Shown here: in pieces, positions 1 to 7,703 of the stretch
How positions within the stretch are numbered: the first letter of the stretch is position 1
Layout: every line of letters starts with the position of its first letter
Origin: an uncultured bacterium
Lineage (GTDB): Bacteria > Cyanobacteriota > Vampirovibrionia > Gastranaerophilales > Gastranaerophilaceae
Reading direction: 5' to 3'
Assembly (NCBI GenBank): GCA_948433295.1
Contig: CAOJDT010000001.1
Location: 1,869-65,868, forward strand
DNA: 64,000 nt
Made by a program: the position numbers and the translations under genes
Notes under the pieces: model-generated
Seen by the model: only the letters and a program-made list of their open reading frames with translations
Told to the model about the DNA's origin: nothing
Databases searched by the model: none

Positions 1-2
1 AA

Positions 3-1337
3 TTAAAATTTCATTTTCGCAATCTTCAATAATGCGGTATAAGAAGGAAGAATAGTTAAATTTTCTTCCGAGTTCTTAGACGCAGCGGCAAGTTGAATCG
101 CTTTTTTTATTGAAGGTTCTACATATATATTTTCCTGTGGAACTCCGGCATATTTAAGCCGTGTAGCCATATCATTTGCACGTTTACCCGAAGTAATTAT
201 AAGTTTTTGGGCATTCTTCAACTGTTCAAAATCACTGTCCCATAACCAGGATATATCACGACCGTCAGCGTAATCATCGTTAATCGCAATAACGATATTG
301 GAATTTAAATCAACTGTTTTAAGCACTTCGCTTGCCCCCGTAGGGTTTTTGATTAATTGAATCAAAGTTTTATGCCCGTTAATAATACGGGTTTCGGTTC
401 TTCCGAATATTGATTTGTAAGAATTCAAAGCTTCTTGAATAATCTCCGGTGAAAAACCGCACTCCAACGCCAGAGAAATTGCCGCAAGCGCATTATAAGC
501 ATTATAAAGTCCTGCAAGATTCACCTTAAACCAAAATTTTTCATTACTGTGTTTAACCGTCATCTCCGAAAAATCGCTATAAACCTTCACATCAGCCGCA
601 TAATCGCATTCGTGACGTTTGTATCCGCATTTCGGACAGTAATAATGTCCCTGCTGTGCAAAAAATCGTTTTGAATACTGCAAAGGAGTTCCGCACATAC
701 AATTGAAAACTTCTGACGGAGCATTCGATTCGTGTTGATAATTATAGTCATATTCAACATTTTCAAAACCGTAATACACCGCATATTTTGTTCTGTCAAA
801 AGTTGCGACAATCGGATCATCCGCATTCAACACCAATTTAAGTTCAGGATTTTTATCAATAGCATTTTTAATAAATCCTGCGGTCGTAGCGAGTTCGCCG
901 TATCTGTCTAACTGGTCGCGAAAAAGATTCGTCACCACAAGATAATCCGAATTAATGTAATCGTAAAGTTTTTGCAAATACGCCTCGTCAGACTCAATTA
1001 CAGCATAATCAAAACGTCTGAAAGGTGCGAGATTAAGCGCAAACACATTCGCAACACCCGTTAACATATTTGCCCCTTTAAGGTTATGAATAACCGAATT
1101 CGATTGGGTTTCAATAATATGCGAAATAAGTCCAGAAGTCGTTGTTTTTCCGTTTGTACCTGTTACTGTAATTATATTTTTTTTCACATAAGACTGACAG
1201 TTTTTCAAAAATTCGGGATAGAATTTCAAAACCAACTTGCCCGCAAATGAGGTTCCCGAAGACTTCGAAAAAAGTTTTATCCCTGTATAAGCCGCTCTTG
1301 CCAGAATTAATGAAAGATAAAATTTTGGAGATTTCAT
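3..1337 (-). CDS. murT: Mur-ligase family protein, MurT-like (lipid II isoglutaminyl synthase subunit)
   Basis: Complete 444-aa ORF. It has the Mur ligase P-loop VTGTNGKTTT, a Cys4 ribbon CMCG...CPKCG and a C-terminal DUF1727-like tail. Confidence 0.75.
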   Translation of the reverse strand: MKSPKFYLSLILARAAYTGIKLFSKSSGTSFAGKLVLKFYPEFLKNCQSYVKKNIITVTGTNGKTTTSGLISHIIETQSNSVIHNLKGANMLTGVANVFALNLAPFRRFDYAVIESDEAYLQKLYDYINSDYLVVTNLFRDQLDRYGELATTAGFIKNAIDKNPELKLVLNADDPIVATFDRTKYAVYYGFENVEYDYNYQHESNAPSEVFNCMCGTPLQYSKRFFAQQGHYYCPKCGYKRHECDYAADVKVYSDFSEMTVKHSNEKFWFKVNLAGLYNAYNALAAISLALECGFSPEIIQEALNSYKSIFGRTETRIINGHKTLIQLIKNPTGASEVLKTVDLNSNIVIAINDDYADGRDISWLWDSDFEQLKNAQKLIITSGKRANDMATRLKYAGVPQENIYVEPSIKKAIQLAAASKNSEENLTILPSYTALLKIAKMKF

Positions 1338-1419
1338 TATAAATAGTCCTTTAAGCGTATTCCATTTCTCTCTCGAATACTTTATACTTCAAATATAATA
1401 CAAAAGTGTAAAAAATAAA

Positions 1420-1779
1420 ATGTATTTATTTATCGCAATAATTTTCATAGCAGAACTTATAATCGCTTCCTCACTGATTTCCAACATAGTGAAGGCAGAC
1501 AAATATGTTTGCGCAATAGACAAAAAAGTTACGCAAAGTCATCCAAAAACAGAAAAGGCGCTATTCTGCTTTCGAGAAAGCGTAAGGTGTCTGAAAAGCT
1601 GTTTTGAAGCTTCTACGGAATTTTTAAAATGTAAACAGCGCGAATTAAAAATGCGTATTATAAAAACTCTTATTATCTACGCATTGCTGCTGGTTATAAA
1701 AAGTAAATACAAAAAACTTGCAAAAGCCGCAAAATTCATAGTCTTTGCAAAAGACTACTGGGACGCGCTTTTAGCCTGA
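1420..1779 (+). CDS. Hypothetical small membrane protein
   Basis: 119-aa ORF with an N-terminal hydrophobic helix. It lies in an otherwise empty intergenic gap. No recognisable family. Confidence 0.35.
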   Translation: MYLFIAIIFIAELIIASSLISNIVKADKYVCAIDKKVTQSHPKTEKALFCFRESVRCLKSCFEASTEFLKCKQRELKMRIIKTLIIYALLLVIKSKYKKLAKAAKFIVFAKDYWDALLA

Positions 1780-1824
1780 TTTGCTTGTAATTTTCAAAAA
1801 ATATGCTATAATTAAACTCACAAA

Positions 1825-2154
1825 ATGAAAGAAGAGGTTGTTATGAGTAAAAATAAAACATTTGCGTTCGGAATGGGACTTCTTGCAGGGGTTGTCGGCG
1901 GTATCATCGCAGGCGTTCTATATGCTCCGAAACCGGGCGAAGAATCAAGAAGACAATTGAAAGACGCAGCGTGCGAATTGTACGAAAAACATTCACCTGA
2001 AATTAAAGAAGCTAAAAAACAAGCATTGGAAAATATTGATTTAATGAAATATAAGCTTGAAAGACAATTTAGAAAATTTAATAACATGGTAAAATCTAAT
2101 AAGCTTCAAAAAGCAAAAGAACTTGAAGAAGCAGATGACAGCTTTGATTACTAA
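1825..2154 (+). CDS. YtxH domain-containing protein
   Basis: N-terminal glycine-rich helix followed by APKPGEESRRQL, then a charged coiled tail, typical of YtxH. The likely true start is ATG 1843, preceded by GAAGAGG. Confidence 0.7.
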   Translation: MKEEVVMSKNKTFAFGMGLLAGVVGGIIAGVLYAPKPGEESRRQLKDAACELYEKHSPEIKEAKKQALENIDLMKYKLERQFRKFNNMVKSNKLQKAKELEEADDSFDY

Positions 2155-2175
2155 TTAACATAAGGAATTTTTACC

Positions 2176-2538
2176 ATGGATTTAACTTCACAAATAGCTT
2201 TAAATAACGGTTTAACCTTCCTGGCGTGGGCTACGGGAATCGTAGTTCTTGTTGTAGGCGGATTTTTAATTAAACTGCTTTATGATTTAAGCAAATTGTC
2301 AAAAAACGTAAACGAGACAGCAATACTTTTGAATACGGAATTAAAACCGACGCTTGACGAGTTAAAAGACACTTTGAGTTCAATCAATGCAATAGTCAAA
2401 AATACCGATCAGGGTGTTGACAGTTTTAAAAATGCCGTAGAAAAAACTTTCGGAAAGACCAAAGCTTTTTCGGAATCACTAATCGGTGGCATTATTAAAG
2501 GTTTTTCAACCGTATACAAAATGTTTGCAAAAAAATAG
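2176..2538 (+). CDS. DUF948-like membrane-anchored coiled-coil protein
   Basis: Single N-terminal TM helix, then a helical region (LSKLSKNVNETAILLNTELKPTLDELKDTL). It sits between two YtxH genes, as in Firmicute ytx-type clusters. Confidence 0.6.
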   Translation: MDLTSQIALNNGLTFLAWATGIVVLVVGGFLIKLLYDLSKLSKNVNETAILLNTELKPTLDELKDTLSSINAIVKNTDQGVDSFKNAVEKTFGKTKAFSESLIGGIIKGFSTVYKMFAKK

Positions 2539-2608
2539 TAGTTTTCGGTAATTAAAAATTTCGAGACTGCTGATACAATAAAAACGAAAGAAAAGGAGTG
2601 TAATAACT

Positions 2609-2890
2609 ATGTCAGTAACAAAATTCTTAGGCGGCTTTTTAGTAGGCGGCGCAATCGGGGCAATCGCAGGTATTTTGCTCGCACCTAAATCAGGCGAAGA
2701 AACAAGAGCTTTAATCGCTAATACTACTAAAGATGTTGCAAGACGTGCTGATGAAACAGTAAAAGAAATTCAGTCAAAAGCTGATGACGTTGTTTCTGAA
2801 ATGCAAAAAAAAGGTGACGAATTAAAAGAAAAATTACAAAACGTAATTAATCAGCAAAAAGAAGGCAAAGAAGCGCACGCTGCTGAATAA
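2609..2890 (+). CDS. YtxH domain-containing protein
   Basis: GGFLVGGAIGAIAGILLAPKSGEETRALI motif plus a charged helical tail. AAGGAG RBS upstream. Confidence 0.7.
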   Translation: MSVTKFLGGFLVGGAIGAIAGILLAPKSGEETRALIANTTKDVARRADETVKEIQSKADDVVSEMQKKGDELKEKLQNVINQQKEGKEAHAAE

Positions 2891-2909
2891 AATCTTTTTT
2901 CCGAAGACA

Positions 2910-2937
2910 AAAAGCCCGAGAACATCGGGCTTTTTTA
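2910..2937. terminator. Bidirectional rho-independent terminator between convergent genes
   Basis: aaaAGCCCGAgaacaTCGGGCTttttt: a GC-rich 7-bp stem flanked by an A-run and a T-run. Confidence 0.75.
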
Positions 2938-2947
2938 ATATATTTAA

Positions 2948-3790
2948 TTATAACTTATACGGATAGTCATCCTTAAACTCCCACCCGTCTAATTTCAAAA
3001 GTTGTCCGCAAAAAGATTTACTACCGTATTTACAGAACCTCAAGACATTATCCCGATTTTTAAAATTTCTTGTTACAGGAGTTTCACCCTCTGGCAACCT
3101 GTCATTAATATTAGTGATTGTATCCCATTCAAGCCACGTAAAAGGTTCAAAAGTACCGCGTCCCATTAGAAAATGATATTTATCAATTGCTTCTTTGTTA
3201 GGACCTTTATCTCCGTTAATATCCAAAAACACATCTATAACAACCCCACCTTTATACATTTGTAAACGGGTACCTTCAGAAAAATATACATTATAATAGA
3301 TTCCACTCTTTTTTGTCTTTACAATATTTTTAAAATAAGGTGCATAATATGTATTCCAAAAGACTTCAACATTATCTGCACCTCCGCTCGGAAGTACCCA
3401 ATCAGCGTTAGTAGTATTATTTTCTGCATTATACATCAATGCTGCTTGTGCCATTAAACTGTTAAACTTTTTAAGCCTGGTTGAGTATTCTTGTTTTTTA
3501 TATTTTTGAATCAGCGTCGGCATAGTCATTGCCGCGACAATTCCGATTATGCCAAGGGTTATCAAGACTTCCGCAAGCGTAAACCCGATTTTTCGACTCT
3601 GCCGAACAAACGATTGAGTATCGTTTGTGAGAGGTAGTGGAGCGCAAGCGAAACTCGTATGGTGCCGGTCGGACGTTACTCCGCTGGCACCCCGAATAAA
3701 TCGGGTAAACAGAGTATATCCTGCCACAAACCCTTGCCCTGAGAGGAATCTAGTTTGCCCCCCCCCCCGTTTTTTCAAGTATAGCAACAT
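2948..3790 (-). CDS. Prepilin-type N-terminal cleavage/methylation domain protein (pseudopilin paralog 1)
   Basis: KIG|FTLAEVLITLGIIGIVAAMTMPTLIQKY class III signal. The C-terminal LDINGDKGPN...DGWEFKDDYPY is shared with paralogs at 6586 and 17921. The start is uncertain. ATG 3790 is in frame. The SD-proximal ATG 3797 is in a different frame across the G11 tract. Confidence 0.8.
   Translation of the reverse strand: MLLYLKKRGGGQTRFLSGQGFVAGYTLFTRFIRGASGVTSDRHHTSFACAPLPLTNDTQSFVRQSRKIGFTLAEVLITLGIIGIVAAMTMPTLIQKYKKQEYSTRLKKFNSLMAQAALMYNAENNTTNADWVLPSGGADNVEVFWNTYYAPYFKNIVKTKKSGIYYNVYFSEGTRLQMYKGGVVIDVFLDINGDKGPNKEAIDKYHFLMGRGTFEPFTWLEWDTITNINDRLPEGETPVTRNFKNRDNVLRFCKYGSKSFCGQLLKLDGWEFKDDYPYKL
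3758..3768 (-). repeat. Homopolymeric G11 tract (C11 on + strand) at the 5' end of pseudopilin 1
   Basis: Counted directly as 11 consecutive C on the + strand. It begins 29 nt after the A of the SD-proximal ATG (3797). Confidence 0.95.
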
Positions 3791-3882
3791 TTTTCATAGT
3801 TTCCTCCAATTCGTCCAATTAAACTTTACTGCGGTTCATCCGCTTATGCAATAATTATATACTATTTTTTAATGGTTTTCAA

Positions 3883-4257
3883 CTATCTTCCAAGAGCGTC
3901 ACGCAACGCTTTTTCCAAAACTTCAACTTTCGCTTCCAAAACTTTAACTTTTGATGAACTTGTATCGGATTTCACATCGCGGCGTTCAAGTTCACGTTTA
4001 TATGCACCGATTTTTTCCATTTCCGCAAAATAAAACGGAAGCGTCAGTGCAACACCGGTAAATAATCCTGCAAGCATTATACAAACAGTATAAAAAGAGA
4101 TATTAAGGGTTTTTGTTGCATGAATTACCATATCCGCAGCCACATCATATCTTGGACCCCAAACCTGAAGCGTCATTGAATCCCGAACATTCAATATCAC
4201 GATGAACATTACGCCAAGTATTGCCAGATATGCCATTATTTGCATTAATTTTCTCAT
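3883..4257 (-). CDS. LapA-like (DUF1049) inner-membrane protein
   Basis: 124 aa with two TM helices followed by a charged coiled-coil tail. The topology resembles the LPS assembly protein LapA domain. Confidence 0.45.
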   Translation of the reverse strand: MRKLMQIMAYLAILGVMFIVILNVRDSMTLQVWGPRYDVAADMVIHATKTLNISFYTVCIMLAGLFTGVALTLPFYFAEMEKIGAYKRELERRDVKSDTSSSKVKVLEAKVEVLEKALRDALGR

Positions 4258-5165
4258 TTTTGCCTGCTTTCAAAATAATTCAGAACCTTTGTAACCTTTT
4301 CATCGGGTTCTATTTGCAACTCTATTATCTCATCAGAAAACGGTTTTGTAAACCTCAAAAAGTAGGACTGCAAAACCTGCTCTTGTGTCGTAACCTTACC
4401 CTTGCCGGCACCGTAAAGAGTATCATTATAGACAGGATGTTTCAGATGACTTGTATGAACTCTGATTTGATGGGTTCTTCCCGTAATAAGAGTAAGTTCC
4501 ACATAGGTAGCTTCATTATAACGTTTGAGAACTTTCAATAGGGTTGCACTTTCTTTTCCGTCTTCTCTTACGGTCATTTTGTGAGGCTGATTCGGATTTC
4601 TGCCGATGGGAAGCTCAATTCTATCTTCGTCTTTCGGATAATTACCTTTCAAAACAGCCCTGTATTTTTTTGTAACCAGGTGATTTTTAATTTGTTGTGC
4701 AAGAAACTCATGCGCGGCGTTGTTTTTTGCAATCATCAACAAACCCGAAGTATTCCTGTCTAATCTATGAAGTATCCCCCTTCGAAACTCGCCGTTTATA
4801 TCAGAAAGATTTTCGCCAAACTTATACAAAAGAGCGTTCACAAGCGTATTTTCAAGTTCTAGAGATGTAGGGTGGGTAAGCATTCCCGAAGGTTTATTCA
4901 CGACAAGCATATTCTCGTCTTCATAAACAATTTCAAGCGGAATATTTTGAGGCTCAATTTTTAATTCCCTGATATCCGGAAGATTAATCTCAATTTTATC
5001 ACCCTCCCTGATTTGATACGAAGACTTTTTTACAGAAGAATTGACAAACACACATCCGTCTTTTATAAACGATTGGATTTTCGAGCGTGAATAATCCGAC
5101 AAAATTCCGTTCAGAAAATTGTCAAGACGCTGAGATTCATCATTTTCATCCGCAAATAATATCAT
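4254..5165 (-). CDS. rluD: RluA-family 23S rRNA pseudouridine synthase (RluD-like)
   Basis: N-terminal S4-like domain, catalytic HRLDRNTSGLLMIAK motif and TGRTHQIRVH motif. Overlaps the neighbouring stop by 4 nt. Confidence 0.85.
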   Translation of the reverse strand: MILFADENDESQRLDNFLNGILSDYSRSKIQSFIKDGCVFVNSSVKKSSYQIREGDKIEINLPDIRELKIEPQNIPLEIVYEDENMLVVNKPSGMLTHPTSLELENTLVNALLYKFGENLSDINGEFRRGILHRLDRNTSGLLMIAKNNAAHEFLAQQIKNHLVTKKYRAVLKGNYPKDEDRIELPIGRNPNQPHKMTVREDGKESATLLKVLKRYNEATYVELTLITGRTHQIRVHTSHLKHPVYNDTLYGAGKGKVTTQEQVLQSYFLRFTKPFSDEIIELQIEPDEKVTKVLNYFESRQK

Positions 5166-5167
5166 TT

Positions 5168-5632
5168 TTACCTGGTCTTGTTGATTAAAATCAGAATTAT
5201 AAGGGCGATTACGCCGATAGTGATGTAAATATCAGAAATATTGAACACAGGAAAGCTAACGAATTTCAGCTCAAAGAAATCTCTCACAAATCCGAAAACA
5301 ATTCTTTCATGAAGGTTTCCGGCAATTCCTGCCGCCAGCAGTGATGTAAAAAATACGCCTTTCATAGAAACTGATTTTGCGTGTCTGAAAATATAATTAA
5401 ATAATAATACAAGCACCACAACGGAAAGAATAATAAGGAATTCTCTGGAATCATGCATTATACTAAAAGCAGCACCGGTATTTTTTACGTAATTCAACGC
5501 CAATATATTGTTTGAAAATCCGTAACCGCGCGTAATATCTCTTACTATCATATCTGAAAAGTACAAATCACAAATCAGAAAGAATACAAAACATACAATT
5601 AAATATAAAATTTTACTCAGCTTTTTTGACAT
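5168..5632 (-). CDS. lspA: Lipoprotein signal peptidase II
   Basis: 154 aa, 4 TM helices, motifs NTGAAFS and FGFVRDFF...FNISDIYITIG. Confidence 0.85.
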   Translation of the reverse strand: MSKKLSKILYLIVCFVFFLICDLYFSDMIVRDITRGYGFSNNILALNYVKNTGAAFSIMHDSREFLIILSVVVLVLLFNYIFRHAKSVSMKGVFFTSLLAAGIAGNLHERIVFGFVRDFFELKFVSFPVFNISDIYITIGVIALIILILINKTR

Positions 5633-6527
5633 CCAATGCCTCTATATCTACAAAATTATTCTTCGGAACGACATTTACTCTGGTAATAATAAACGCCAAT
5701 CCGTTCATGTACACTTTTACATAATCATCGTCAATCTTTTCGGATTTTGTAAGCCCAACCGAAGCAACTGCATATTCGTTAATATTGTCGGAATTAGCTT
5801 TAAAAACCCTTTCCAAAATCTGTTCGGACGGAAGGCGTTTGAAAACTTCCGTATCTTTTTTCACCGGCTGAACGATTCGTTCTTTATTAATAGATGCGAT
5901 AACAATATGATTTTCGGGCAAATCAATCTTTAATTCCGCGGTATATTCTTCACCCGCACCGATTAAGGATGGCGCATTGAGTTCCATCTTAACGAATCTC
6001 GCATCACCAAATTTCAAAGTTGATTGCTCTTCCAGAACATGTTCCGATGAAATTAGCCATTTTTTATTGACTTTTTTCAAATAATAAACGCAGGTTGATG
6101 TTGCATATAATTCACCGGAAGCCGAAATCGTATCGGATTCTTCGGTATCAGTGGCATAAGCGGTTTCGAAAGTTTCGACAACCGCATAGTCTCCGTTTAT
6201 TTTAATACTTTTGATATCGGTTTTGTAAGTAATATCGGGATATGTTTCCCAGGTATCTTTTACAAGCTTCAAATAAACATCCCTTGTATAACCGTCATTA
6301 TCCACATAATTATCGGTATAAAGTTCAGCCAATTTTTCGATATCATATTTATTTACATATTGAGTCTGCAAATCAAATAAATCTTTAATTGCTTTTACAG
6401 AATCTTTTTCATCTCTATTTTGTTCAATTCTGAGTTTGAAATTTTTGACAGTCCCGGCATAAGCAGGTTCTACATAATTGGCGCAAAATGCAGCACATAA
6501 GATTAAAGATAAAAAAACTTTTTTCAT
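5613..6527 (-). CDS. Secreted hypothetical protein
   Basis: Signal peptide MKKVFLSLILCAAFCANYVEPAYA. The 304-aa ORF is co-oriented with lspA. Function not recognisable. Confidence 0.5.
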   Translation of the reverse strand: MKKVFLSLILCAAFCANYVEPAYAGTVKNFKLRIEQNRDEKDSVKAIKDLFDLQTQYVNKYDIEKLAELYTDNYVDNDGYTRDVYLKLVKDTWETYPDITYKTDIKSIKINGDYAVVETFETAYATDTEESDTISASGELYATSTCVYYLKKVNKKWLISSEHVLEEQSTLKFGDARFVKMELNAPSLIGAGEEYTAELKIDLPENHIVIASINKERIVQPVKKDTEVFKRLPSEQILERVFKANSDNINEYAVASVGLTKSEKIDDDYVKVYMNGLAFIITRVNVVPKNNFVDIEALDVKKAE

Positions 6528-6585
6528 AATAAAATTATACAGTAAAATTCATAAAAGGCTAATAGTTTAAATAAAGTATCTTTTA

Positions 6586-7536
6586 TTACTTACAAGTTTT
6601 CTTTCCGTCCCAAGCAAGGTCATTACAGTGAAGATATTCCATATTCTCATTATAAATAACCCACGCGGCACATCCATAACCGTCACCCCCGTTAATACAA
6701 TCCTTATCAAAGGTACGTTCATTAGCGTTCACATTTTGGCTACCTAGTGGACGAATTTTATCTCTATAAATGTTAAAATAAAAAACATCTTTTCCTACCG
6801 TGTTAGGTAAAGCCTGAGGTCCGTTAATATCAATCGAAAAATCACCACAAGCAGATTGTATACAATTAATATTAGATATCCATCCTCCCATCAAAACGCT
6901 TCCATCTTTCAATTTTATAAAAGAGGAGCTCCTTTTATTTCTATTTGTACCGTTTAAAAAATATTGCCCCGAAATACTGCACTTTCCAGCGGTGTCGTCA
7001 ATACATACAGAAGTAGTGCTCATAAAAGGAGTTAATTTTGACCAAAATATTTCAAAATTCTTGTACGCATCAGCAGAAAGCCCTTGCTCATCCGTATCGT
7101 CGAATGAGGAATTCTTATCAAATCCCCAGTAATTAATATCGCCGTATTCGTTACGTGCCATCAAGTATGCTTGACTTACTGTGCTATAAGCTTTTTTTAG
7201 TTTTGTTACCGTAACTTTTTCCTGATGTTTTTGAATCAGCGTCGGCATAGTCATTGCCGCTACTATTCCGATTATACCGAGAGTGATTAAGACTTCGGCT
7301 AAAGTAAAGGCGGCTTTTGCATTGTCATTCTGAAACGTAGACTGTTCTGTCCTACATGAATTGTTACCGTTCAGAATCTCCGTTTCATTCTCGTTTGCGT
7401 TTTTCAATTTCCAAAAGACATTAGTCGACAAAAACGCTTTCAAATTTTTCGTGTAGTTTGTAATTATTCGTGCAAAGTGCTTTCTACTTTTTTGTTCCAG
7501 AGTAGTGCTGCGACTCAGTCGCCCCCCCCCCCGCAA
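6586..7536 (-). CDS. Prepilin-type N-terminal cleavage/methylation domain protein (pseudopilin paralog 2)
   Basis: KAA|FTLAEVLITLGIIGIVAAMTMPTLIQKH motif and IDINGPQALPNTVGKDVFYF core. The ORF as tracked begins at TTG 7536. The SD-proximal ATG at 7561 is out of frame across the G11 tract. Confidence 0.8.
   Translation of the reverse strand: MRGGGRLSRSTTLEQKSRKHFARIITNYTKNLKAFLSTNVFWKLKNANENETEILNGNNSCRTEQSTFQNDNAKAAFTLAEVLITLGIIGIVAAMTMPTLIQKHQEKVTVTKLKKAYSTVSQAYLMARNEYGDINYWGFDKNSSFDDTDEQGLSADAYKNFEIFWSKLTPFMSTTSVCIDDTAGKCSISGQYFLNGTNRNKRSSSFIKLKDGSVLMGGWISNINCIQSACGDFSIDINGPQALPNTVGKDVFYFNIYRDKIRPLGSQNVNANERTFDKDCINGGDGYGCAAWVIYNENMEYLHCNDLAWDGKKTCK
7522..7532 (-). repeat. Homopolymeric G11 tract at the 5' end of pseudopilin 2
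   Basis: 11 consecutive C on the + strand. It begins 29 nt after the A of ATG 7561. Confidence 0.95.
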
Positions 7537-7703
7537 ATGCAGTCATATCAAGCTTTTTCATACTCTTTCCTTTCTATTAATATAATAGTATGGCTAAGCC
7601 ACCTCTCAATGATTATAAACTATTTTTCAAATATTTTCAAGACCTCACACAACAAGACCGTTAAAATAACGGTCTTGTGTCGGTTTATTTAATGTATGCC
7701 AAA

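Noticed and set aside
587-826. Antisense or nested ORFs in the six-frame track. Examples: 587-826, 1818-2087, 3627-3854, 4221-4541, 8745-8951, 9045-9362, 10279-11072, 13661-14209, 15211-15732, 17434-17774, 25476-25862, 34682-35644, 46852-47205, 56193-57299, 57670-58404.
   Set aside because: All lie inside longer ORFs with clear family signatures on the other strand or frame. They have low-complexity, hydrophobic shadow-ORF composition and lack RBS context.
3600-3756. Possible c-di-GMP-I, TPP or cobalamin riboswitch in the pseudopilin 1 leader (CAGGGCAAGGG, GGGGUGCC-like strings).
   Set aside because: Only short fragments resemble riboswitch cores. Key conserved elements are absent, for example the ACGCAAAGC of GEMM-I and the CUGAGA...ACCUGA of TPP. 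The segment is also inside an open reading frame.
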